32,803 bases of DNA from Macrostomum lignano (Eukaryota). The stretch lies in contig NIVC01004870.1 in assembly GCA_002269645.1 (NCBI GenBank), positions 1 through 32,803 of the forward strand. The letters run 5' to 3'. Every line of letters begins with the position of its first letter. The first letter of the stretch is position 1. Positions 22,189-32,470 of the stretch are shown here, in pieces. Both the position numbers and the translations under genes were made by a program. Under the pieces are notes generated by a model. The model did no database searches. It saw nothing but the letters and a program-made list of their open reading frames with translations, and was not told the DNA's origin.

Positions 22189-25100
22189 ATGTCCGTTGCT
22201 ATTGCAGAGTCTTCACTTGCCAATTCAATGCAGTCAGTGAGCGGCAGTTCGAACCACATGAATCCTCAGAGTTCATCTATGCTTCCACATATGCACCACT
22301 CACCAGGTGGAAGCAGCCAATCATCTCTATCTACTTTAGCCACAGCAGCAAATATCAGTCTCCCAAAAATAACACCAGAATATTTGCAGGAACTGTTAAA
22401 AGATAAGAAGAATCTTCAAAGCCTACCAAATTTGTTCAATCATTTGGACAAAATCCTTGAAACAGGTTAGTTTTTTATATCATTGTCTTTTACTTTAGTG
22501 TATACCTTTTTATCTTAAAGAAGAATTTATAATTTTAGCTTTAAGTACAGCAATTATATTTTATAAGCTAAGAAATATTTAAATATTACAAAACTCCCTA
22601 ATATATTTATATATTGACATTGTTATTATCTAGTATTAGGACTATATATTAGGTAGTATATGACAGAATGAAATTTGCTTCCTAGCTTTTGATTTGTATG
22701 TTAGCCACTGACTTATATTACACACAAAATATACCAAGAAAAAAATAAAAAATGGCAATATATATATCTAGGCTAGGGCTTTAACTTTAAAATTAAATCA
22801 TTACAAAAATGGAACCTATTAAAAATATGCCTAATATTTTACTTAACTATAAATAATTAGTTCTTTTCTTTTTTGTTTTACTTTTGATTTTTTAGAAAAG
22901 TAAAATGCAATTTTCAGTTTAGTTGTTTGTTTTTTTATTCCTTGTTCTGTAAATCTATGTTGACAATGTTATATTTAGTCTATTTTTTGTAAAGTCACTT
23001 TATTTGAGCCTAAAATATACACAGGTAATCAGGTATGCCATAGATCTTAGCCAAAAAATGACAAGTACCCTTGTTTGCTTAAAAATCTTGGCATAAATGT
23101 CACCTTCTAATCTATAGTAGCCACATTGGTCTATGGCTACCTTGGTCTATCATCTATTATATCAATATATATGGAGACTATACTAAATTTGAACTTGGTC
23201 ATTTTTTGTTTGCCAACTGTATATTGTTGAGACTCAGAACTTTGTCTCATCTGCTATCTTGATGATCTCTATGCCAAATTATATACCAAAAGCTATACTA
23301 GATCTCTCTATATGCCTATTTAAATATACTCATTATATATGCATCTAGTATTTGTCTAGATGCAGAGGCAAGGGTCACCCATTCCACGAGCCCCTAAAGG
23401 CCCACATATAGACCATAGCTGAAAGCAGGAAGGAGTGAACCGAGTCACAAAAGAAAGAGGAAAGAAGAGAAAGAAAAAAAGGACTGCTAACTACTAGACT
23501 ACAGGACGAGTACCCCTGGGTCAACTTGCAAGACAGCATGGGAGTGGGGTCTGTGGCTGCTAGCAGCAAATAGAGGGTGTAGACCTCCCACCAGCCTTAA
23601 CTTGCTGAAGATAGAGGCAGGTGTAAAGCATCATAGACTATAGCCCATAGGCCTAGTCTGTCTCATACTTCATTGGCATACTGAATACACCTTTGTGTGC
23701 ATAAATCAGGGGATGTGCATGTATGTAGTTGCCTATTTATATATAGTTTAAATATATAATCCTACATACTAAAATTTGTAAGCTTATTACTATTTTTACA
23801 AATTTTATATTAAAAACAAAATAAGAAAACAAAGGCAAAGGTTCAAATCTGTTATTTTCTTTTTTTTTTGAAGTAAGTGGAGTTATTAAAATAGTAAATC
23901 AATATTCTTGAACTATTGAAAATCATCTAATTAGGAAATCATCCAATTCAAATTGCATAAAAGCCTATTTCTACTAAACCAGTAACAAAAAAACTAAAAA
24001 ACTGTTACTTTTGATTATGAAAATGTAAAATTGTTTGTGATCCTACATTATGTAGCTCTATACCTGGGATCAATATATGCTTACACACCTATTAGCATAA
24101 TAGGGTATTACAATTTTTTTGATGTACTCAAATATGATTATCTCTAATGTCTATGTGTTCCTTGTATAAAACTTTATGTCTACTAGGCAAAATCATATCC
24201 ACTGGAACCTCTGAAACTCTAAAAATGTGTTATTCGTGGAATTTTTCTTTTTACCATTTTTACATACTCATTTAACATTAATAATTAAAAACACTCAAAA
24301 AACACCAGAGATCACAAGAGTTCGCAGCCAGCTCTTCCACTTCAATGGCGCCAAGCGAGCATCTGACGATCTGCCTGAAGGCGAGGGCCCCATAGTGACG
24401 GTGCAGGAGAAAGTGTTCATTCCTGTGAAAGACAATCCCTCCTACAACTTTGTTGGCCGACTGTTGGGGCCACGCGGCATGACGGCCAAGCAGCTGGAGA
24501 CCGACCTGGACTGCAAGATCATGGTCCGCGGCAAGGGCTCCATGCGGGATAAGAAAAAGGTTGGCTGGCTTTTCACTTGGCCTTAGAAATGTGTTCTCAA
24601 TTAAGATCTTAGTCTGACACTCTTATTGTTATGTGGGGTATTAGACCAATGCTAATCATTAGGTGGGGTATTAGACTTACACTAATCATCAGGTGGGGTA
24701 TTAGACTGACACTCTAATCATAATGTGGGATACTAGACTGACACTAATCATCAGGTGGGATACTAGACTGACACTAATCATCAGGTGGGATACTAGACTG
24801 ACACTAATCATCAGGTGGGATACTAGACTGACACTAATCATCAGGTGGGATACTAGACTGACACTAATCATCAGGTAGGATACTAGACTGACACTAATCA
24901 TCAGGTAGGATACTAGACTGACACTAATCATCAGGTGGGATACTAGACTGACACTAATCATCAGGTAGGATACTAGACTGACACTAATCATCAGGTGGGA
25001 TACTAGACTGACACTAATCATCAGGTAGGATACTAGACTGACACTAATCATCAGGTAGGATACTAGACTGACACTAATCATCAGGTAGGATACTAGACTG

Positions 25101-26288
25101 ACACTAATCATCAGGTAGGATACTAGACTGGCACTAATCATCAGGTGGGATACTAGACTGACACTAATCATCAGGTGGGATACTAGACTGACACTAATCA
25201 TCAGGTGGGATACTAGACTGACACTAATCATCAGGTAGGATACTAGACTGACACTAATCATCAGGTGGGATACTAGACTGACACTAATCATCAGGTAGGA
25301 TACTAGACTGACACTAATCATCAGGTGGGATACTAGACTGACACTAATCATCAGGTGGGATACTAGACTGACACTAATCATCAGGTGGGATACTAGACTG
25401 ACACTAATCATCAGGTAGGATACTAGACTGACACTAATCATCAGGTAGGATACTAGACTGACACTAATCATCAGGTAGGATACTAGACTGACACTAATCA
25501 TCAGGTAGGATACTAGACTGACACTAATCATCAGGTGGGATACTAGATTCAATCAAATCCCAATTCCTGCGCCAATTCCGCAGGAGGACCAGAACCGGGG
25601 CAAGCCGAACTGGGAGCACCTGGCTGAGGAGCTGCACGTGCTCATCTGCGTTGAGGACCACCAGAATCGCGCCGAAATGAAAGCCAAGCGGGCGGCCGAG
25701 GAGATCAAAGCTTTCCTTGAGCAAGCGGTCAAGATGGTGAGGGTCCCCAGCTCGAACCTGCTAATGGGATTATTATTAATAACCGCGGGTCAGAAAGTGT
25801 CGCATCGGATTAGCCGCAACGCCAGCAGGGGGCAATCGGGGCCCTCGTCAGGATGATCGATTATTGGTTGGCTCTACTTCTGCCGTCTTCTGATGTCTTC
25901 TTCTTCTGCGAAAGATCGCCAATTGCTGTCAGACCGCTGCCCAGGGGGATTCGGGAATTCTGGACAAGGCTGGGAGAGAAATTCGATACCACTTTAACGA
26001 TCATTTGAGCGCTTTCTGTAGCTGGAATATAGGATTAGGAATTCGGCACTACTGTGGGCGCCCGCGGCCCAGCCTGTTGCCCGCCTGCCCACTTCTCTGT
26101 CGCTATTTTCACTTTCTTGAGTCCTCTGCTCAAGGCTTTCTACAACTCGGCCTCTGTTTTGATCGAATAGTGGCAGCGTTTTACTTTTCTTATCACATAT
26201 TTTACACTTAGATTTCTATTGCATTTCTGTCTGAGTCTGAATCTGCCTCATCTGCCTGTCTACCCGTGTGTGTCTATCTGTGTCTGCC

Positions 26289-26334
<46 letters not shown>

Positions 26335-29048
26335 CATCATCTCTCTATCCGTCATTTGCTACTTCTATCATTTCTGTCTCCCCCAGCTCTCACTCCCAGT
26401 CAGCCCATCACCATCGGGCGTCTTCCGTGTCAGCTGAGGGCGGCACTTTGCAGTTGCGGGGGCCTGCTTCAGCAATCACATGTGATTACGCTTGATGCCC
26501 CGGCCTGCTGCGCTGGTTCTGCCCCTTCACTCGCCTCTCTCTCATTGCTTCTGCCCACTTTTCGACTCCAGACTCCGTTCTTCATCATCATCATATACTC
26601 ATAGACTTGTAACTTATTCTCTGTCTCTCCGAGCTGCGTATTAATGTATTACTAGTATAACCGGCCCATGGCTGTAATAGAACTCTTAAAAAGGTGTTCT
26701 ACTGCTATTAGCGGGTATGTTGCGAATCGCTGCCGACTTTAATCTTAGCCAAATTTGAGCTGCTAATTTTATTCCTGTTCCTCTCCCTGTCACTGCCTCT
26801 TAATATTTTGTCCCAGCTTGCAAAAGCTACTAATCTAGAGGGAGAGGAGGCAGGGGAGGCGGCCATGCCCAGGACAGGCCGGAGGTCGATTCGCTGCCAG
26901 GCGGCTGCGACTGCCGCTGCCGCTCGTCTCTGGCCAGCAGAAGAAGCAAATTGCTGGCGGAGCCTGTGTGCTAATTAGCTGGAGCTGGGCCGGGCTGGTC
27001 CCCCAGCTTCCCCTCTGTCTCCTCGATGCCTCCTATTCCCATTTTTGAGAGAGAGAGGCTCTGTCGATCCCGGTGCCTCATCGCATCAGCTGTTCTATCG
27101 AGGCCTAACCGGCTCTGATTATCACGCTTAACCAGCCGCAAAGACTTTCTGGCTGACCGTGATCTGTCTGTCTGTCTATCTGTAGGCCTATCCTGGGTAC
27201 TCTTTCAAATTTGGAAAGTTTGTGGCATCTCTATTCAACTGTAATGTGGCAATGAGACGCCATTTTTAATATAGCATTTTGCAGCCCATCTGGGCTTGCG
27301 CGCATTTAGTTTGATCCAAGATAAGTTTGCCAATGTACCGGAGCTTTTGTCTATGGTAGCAAGGCTGGCACAGCGGCATTTGGTTTGGTCCAACAAAACT
27401 CAATTTGGTCCATAACTTCATTTGCAACTGCTGTGATGGAGCAAGATCAGTCCCGCAATTGTGGACCATATGCTAGGGCTAGGCTGTCGAACCATTGGCT
27501 TGCGATCGAAGCGCTCGACAGAGATGAAAACCCAAATGACATTGCAAGGCTGCTGAATGTAAAAGAAAATATGGTTTACAGCATCCACCAGTGTGTTGAA
27601 ACCACTGCCGGCAGAGATCGCCTGCGAAGAGGTGGCAATCGCCAAGACAAGTTGCGAGAGCCTCAGGTCCAACTGACTACTCGATGCAGTTGAGACAAAT
27701 CCTTTGTTGACGGTGCAGAAGTGCAGCAGAAGTTGAAGGAACAGCTCCAGTTAGTTATCTGATTTCGAATATCAGCAAAGCTCTAGAAAAGCGACTGAAA
27801 ATTGTTGGTAGAGACGCTGACATTCCAGCGGTACGCAATAACCAAATTGATTCTTGTTGGACCAAATTAAATGCCGCTGTGCCAGCCTCGCTACCATAGA
27901 CAAAAACTCCGTTACATTGGCTAACCTATTTGGGATTAAATTCAATGCGCGTGGGCCCAGATGGGCTGCAAAAAGCTATACCTATTGAAGCTGCCGGATG
28001 GTCAGTAGAAGCTGTTCCTGACTATGAAAGCCTTATAGTCTATGGTCGGTCCTGGTGACCGCGCTTTAGTGTGTGAACTAGGTTGACCCAATGGAATCCA
28101 GGCGCGGTTAGCGGGACTGGCCATAAACTATGACACTGCCAGTTAAACCCATTTTTTCTATACAATGGGTTGTAGCCTAGTGGTTAGAGCGGCGGGCTCA
28201 CGACTGAAAGGTTGGGGGTTCGATTCAAGACTTGGCTGTACTGGCGCACTTGTCCTACTTGAATCCAACGCAGCGCATATTCCACCCAGTATGCCTTCCA
28301 TCACTCGCACGCCTTCTCACTTAATAATCACCCGAGCCTGTCGGACTTGCTCGAGGCGTCGAGGGCCGGCTGTAAGGAATTATCCAGCGAATCTGAGGCC
28401 GCCTCCTCGCATCGAAGGGATTTGGGGTGGGTGGGTGGTGGTGTGGCTGGCGTGGATGAAGACGGGAAGAGGCACGCGCCTCCCTCCTGCGGCCCTGTCC
28501 TGCCTCGCGGCTGGGAGCCCTCATGTATCAGCCATCTCCCTGTCCAGCTCCCCACGAGAGACAGTCTGGGAGATCTTCCCCAGCAGCAACACTCTTAGTA
28601 TTAGTAATGAAAGTTTTTTAACCCCGTTGGTGAAAATTTGCTTCAACTGTCCCGAAAGGGCCAAGCAGCTGAGCAGATCAATTTGTACCCGGCACTAATT
28701 GTCCGCATTGAATTCTTTCGCTTTTGTTGGCCCACATCCTCCCAAGGGAATTCCGAAACTTTGGGTCTCGTTTTATGACTCCGCCGGATACCCCCCCCCC
28801 CCAGAAAAGTTTTCTTCCCATGTTGGCCAAGAAGCGGATGAGGGCGGCCAGATCCCCCAATTTGCGTTGGGGATTTACTCGAATCTGCGCCCCGCCACAC
28901 TTCTATCTATCCATCGGCCTGGTGGGCCTCTGCATCGATCCCTTTGCAATCAGGGACGGCTCCAGAGTCTGCCTTTCTGTCTCTGTCTGTCTTCAATAAT
29001 ATGGCCCCATTTCTCTGGCCATCTGAGTTGCACAGTTCTATGTTGCAC

Positions 29049-29099
<51 letters not shown>

Positions 29100-31775
29100 C
29101 ATTGTGTCGCAGGTAGAGCGGCGCTTTGATTCTGCCGCCTTGCAGCATATCTGTTTTCAGTTTCGTGTTAGAATGAATACGGTAGCAACAATAGCAGTTA
29201 CATAATAAATCTTAACTCCTTTTATGGAGGCTCCGTGCTCAAGTGGCGCCAGTCCTGGTCTGGCGGCCTACGCGTTTTTGGTTTTGTTAAATTTCTTTTT
29301 CAACTCGAGCCCTTGGGGCAGTATAAGATATTTATGGGAAATGTCTCTGTGTTGCATTCGTTTAGAGATGAGATGGGATACGTCAGATATTATTATTATT
29401 ATGTGCGGGATTTTGCTCAGCCTTTTATTCAGCTCAAGTCGTGCTGAGTAAAGCAGCATTCATCCATTCTTCCATTCATTCCTGTCTGATTCCTAAAAGA
29501 TCCCATATAGCTATAGAGAGCAACTGCTATCCTCATTTGGCATCAACTTCCTGTTGGAGCGTTGCTTTGGCCCGGAGTTTGAGGAGGGATGCTGGCTGGG
29601 CTGTGGTGGGTGGCCTAGTCAGGGAGACCCGGGACTGAGGATCTGGAGTGCCGAGTCCAAACTCTGTTAAAAGTCAAAAGTTGAAAGTTGATATTATTAA
29701 ATGTTCTTCATTTATTTTAACGACACAGCATGAAACTGGTCTATCCAGCTTGCCAGCAGGCCATTTGCCAGCTTTTATAAGCAGAAGTCTGGCTGGCAAA
29801 TGTCTAGCTGGCAAATGTCTAGTTGGCAAGTGTCTAGCTGGCAAATGTCTGACTGGCAAATGTCTAGCTGGCAAATGTCTGACTGGCAAATGTCTAGCTG
29901 GCAAATGTCTGACTGGCAAATGAGGTACACTGTGTTAGGGCTATAAGTCTGTCAAGGATTGGGAACTCAAGGATGCGAGGGTTCGTAGAGTGAAGAGGCT
30001 GGCAATGCCAAATTCTAGTATGCGATCTCCCCTGACCCCATTGCTCTTCCCCTGCTGGCTACTTCCGGTGCCTCATCGTGAAGAAAGACTGGCTATTGTT
30101 GTGCAGATTCAATGCTTCATTTTAACTAATGCCTTATATTATAGTACTGCTATGCAATCATGATTTTATATGAATGGCGTTCTGGCTGTCAAAAGATAAA
30201 TTATTTTTTTTCAAAAAAAATTATAGCAAACTCATCACCGCACACCCGCCCTGATTCTAGCCTGAGAGTGAGGACAGGCTCAAGCAGATGCAGCTCATGG
30301 AGGTGGCCGTGCTCAATGGTAAATTGGTTGACAACCGTCTCAGCTGCTGTTCTGAGCGCTCAATATGTACTTACATGTAGATTGGTTGGTCTAACAACAC
30401 GCGATCAGTCAGTTGTGTTCTCTACTCACTACATGTACTCTGCGGTCTCTGTAACCCCAATGTATGCTTCTTAATCTTAATCTTGTTGCTACAAGCATTT
30501 ATGCAGCATTAACCCTCTGATTGCGAGATAATGCAACTGGGGGCCGTCACCAGTGCTCTGGCTTTATTGCACATTGAATTCCGGAGAGCTTAACAAGCTG
30601 TCTCGGTTCAGTGACCAGGCCAAATCTGCTCTTAAACCTTCTGCTTATTTTCAACTAATTTTGAGTGCCATTTTTTGTAAACATTGTAAACTGTTTTTTT
30701 TCAACTGGGACTGCTTCTGGCATTGCATTTTTAAACCAAAATTATTCTCGCTTCATACTGCACATTGTGAGCAGGGTGACCCGAGTCTGAAGCCTCTCAT
30801 TGTTCCACCCGCGTGCCAAGCCCAGCAAGCTGCTCAGGAGACACCAGCTAAAACTATAAAGCCTTCAATTCATTCTCTCTCTCTCCGCAGCGCGCTCGGA
30901 TGTGCTGCATCATTCGAATAATAAAGATAGAGAGGGAAATTGAGAGAGAAAAGCCTCGAAATTCGTGCCAGCGCCTGCTCACAGCCTGCTTGCCCAGCGT
31001 GCCTTTAATAAAACTTGAGCCTGCCTGCTGTGCTTGTTGAGAGGGGTGGGGGCTTGGCAACTAAGCGAATGAAGTTTTAGTTTCTGCGGGTGGCGCCGCT
31101 GCGGGGGGGGGACACCACAGTGCTGAGAGTGTGGCCTCTCTGTGCGCATGGGCTGTGTCTGTATGATTACTTGACTCTGCGCTGCGGCTTGAGATTGAGT
31201 TGGTTAACAATTCGGGTTTGTGAGAAATAGCATATGAAAGAGAGGGGTTGAGAGGGTCCACTAGGGCCGTCCTAGGTTTGCGTATTTGCGACGGAAAAAA
31301 TGCGAGAATTCATTATTATTAATGAGAGTTTCATTATTTCGATTCACAATATGCCCGGTTTTGGGAGGAAACAAACCGCATTTTAACTTTGCTTTGCTTG
31401 TTAATTTACTAAGATTTATTGCTTTTAGTTATTTGTATGTGCCAACTGCATTGATGGGGAGGGGTTGGGCAGTCCAGTTTCTCGCCTAGCTTGTACCGTA
31501 TCAGTCCCAGCGGTCCATGAGCGCGGCCTGAGAGTCAGCAGACTGTCGAATTCATTGCGTGTTTACAGCCAGACGGCGAGGACGACCTGAAGAAGAAGCA
31601 GCTGATGGAGCTGGCCATTATCAATGGCACCTATAGGGACACCAGTAAGAAAGGCGGCGGCGGCGGCGGCTCGTCCAGCTCTGCTGGAGGGCAGTCGGCG
31701 GCTGCTGGCGGCGACAATCCCGCAGCTGCCGCTGCTGCGCCGCTTCGCTGCACTCAACCGCCTCCTTGGCGTTGC
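22189..31775 (+). CDS. qki: STAR-family KH RNA-binding protein (Quaking/HOW/ASD-2/GLD-1 type), 3' end probably beyond window
   Basis: Exons 22189-22465 (QUA1 [23 protein letters not shown]), 24309-24559 (EITRVR...[18 protein letters not shown]...[15 protein letters not shown]), 25584-25736 ([28 protein letters not shown]) and 31569-31775 ([24 protein letters not shown]). Splice phases are compatible. Exact orthology within QKI/HOW/GLD-1 is not resolved. Confidence 0.93.
24641..25547 (+). repeat. 30-bp minisatellite (TACTAGACTGACACTAATCATCAGGTRGGA), 27 full + ~3 degenerate copies, STAR gene intron 2
   Basis: Full units run from 24731 to 25540 at an exact 30-bp period. There is one recurrent G/A variant site (14 G, 13 A by my count). 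Confidence 0.98.
26282..26330. repeat. (TCTG)n microsatellite
   Basis: Direct reading. Confidence 0.9.
27272..27978 (+). mobile_element. Tc1/mariner(IS630)-superfamily internally deleted DNA transposon with ~140-bp TIRs and TA TSD
   Basis: Left TAGCATTTTGCAGCCCATCTGGG...GGTCCAACAAAACTCAATTTGGT is the reverse complement of right ACCAAATTGATTCTTGTTGGACC...CCCAGATGGGCTGCAAAAAGCTA. TA at 27270-71 and 27979-80. The interior encodes a degenerate HTH ([27 protein letters not shown]...[10 protein letters not shown]). No DDE domain seen. Confidence 0.85.
28167..28240 (+). mobile_element. tRNA-derived SINE head / tRNA pseudogene (Val-CAC-like loop)
   Basis: A-box TAGCCTAGTGGTT (28173), loop CTCACGA, B-box GGTTCGATT (28217). 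Anticodon and T stems (GCGGG/CTGAA, GGGGG/CAAGA) do not pair. Confidence 0.6.
29053..29095. repeat. (CT)n microsatellite
   Basis: Direct reading. Confidence 0.95.
29793..29922. repeat. 15-bp tandem repeat (CTGGCAAATGTCTAG), 9 copies, preceded by inverted partial copies
   Basis: Units at a 15-bp period. Inverted CATTTGCCAGC at 29762-29772 and CTTGCCAGC at 29749-29757. Confidence 0.9.
30261..30380 (+). CDS. qki: Alternative (duplicated) QUA2 exon 4a of the STAR gene
   Basis: Acceptor GATTCTAG|CCT is phase 0, as exon 3 requires. Encodes [20 protein letters not shown], then either a donor G|GTAAAT at 30319 or read-through [19 protein letters not shown] (TAG 30378-80). Confidence 0.8.
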   Translation, partial: PESEDRLKQMQLMEVAVLNGKLVDNRLSCCSERSICTYM

Positions 31776-31974
31776 GTAAGCGCTGCATGCAAGACCCCTT
31801 CCGTGTTCCTCTTCTCTAACCTCAGCATGTGTTGTCCAATGCGACTACCTGACTGCTACAAATGCATGTTGTGCACTCTTCTGCACTTTGCGCAAGCCTG
31901 TGTAGCTTTTAGTTGTTTCTATGATAAGTGCTCTGAATTTTAGTTCGAGCATTCGGGCTATTTTCCGCTCCTTT

Positions 31975-32470
31975 CTCTCAGCTGTCTGCCTTCCAGCTCT
32001 CAGCTGTCTCCCTTCCAGCTCTCAGCTGTCTCCCTTCCAGCTCTCAGCTGTCTCCCTTCCAGCTCTCAGCTGTCTCCCTTCCAGCTCTCAACTGTCTCCC
32101 TTCCATCTCTCAGCTGTCTCCCATCTCTCAGCTGTCTGTCTCCCTTCCAGCTCTCAACTGTCTCCCTTCCAGCTCTCAGCTGTCTCCCTTCCAGCTCTCA
32201 GCTGTCTCCCTTCCAGCTCTCAGCTGTCTCCTTCCATCTCTCAGCTGTCTCCCTTCCATCTCTCAGCTGTCTCCTTCCATCTCTCAGCTGTCTCCCTTCC
32301 ATCTCTCAGCTGTCTCCCTTCCATCTCTCAGCTGTCTCCCTTCCATCTCTCAGCTGTCTCCCTTCCATCTCTCAGCTGTCTCCCTTCCAGTTATCAGCTG
32401 TCTCCCTTCCAGCTCTCAGCTGTCTCCCTTCCAGCTCTCAGCTGTCTCCCTTCCAGCTCCCAGCTGTCTC
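31975..32470 (+). repeat. 22-bp pyrimidine-rich minisatellite (CTCTCAGCTGTCTCCCTTCCAG), ~22 copies, STAR gene intron after exon 4b
   Basis: Direct tandem units with CCAG/CCAT variants. Confidence 0.95.

Noticed and set aside
24701-25552. CRISPR-like regular array / 283-aa minus-strand ORF ([10 protein letters not shown] repeats)
   Set aside because: Units are contiguous with no unique spacers and there are no cas genes. The ORF is a by-product of a 30-bp (10-codon) stop-free period inside an intron.
26400-26990. Additional QUA2-like exon copies (AEGGTLQL; PEVDSL…QKKQ)
   Set aside because: The resemblance is only 3-5 residues, split over frames, without the QLMExAxxNG core.
28167-28240. Functional tRNA-Val(CAC) gene
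   Set aside because: A and B boxes are good, but the anticodon, T and acceptor stems do not base-pair. The same applies to the tRNA-like head at 11183.
28650-28900. Possible MITE with imperfect inverted repeats
   Set aside because: Only short internal inverted matches; no definable termini or TSD.
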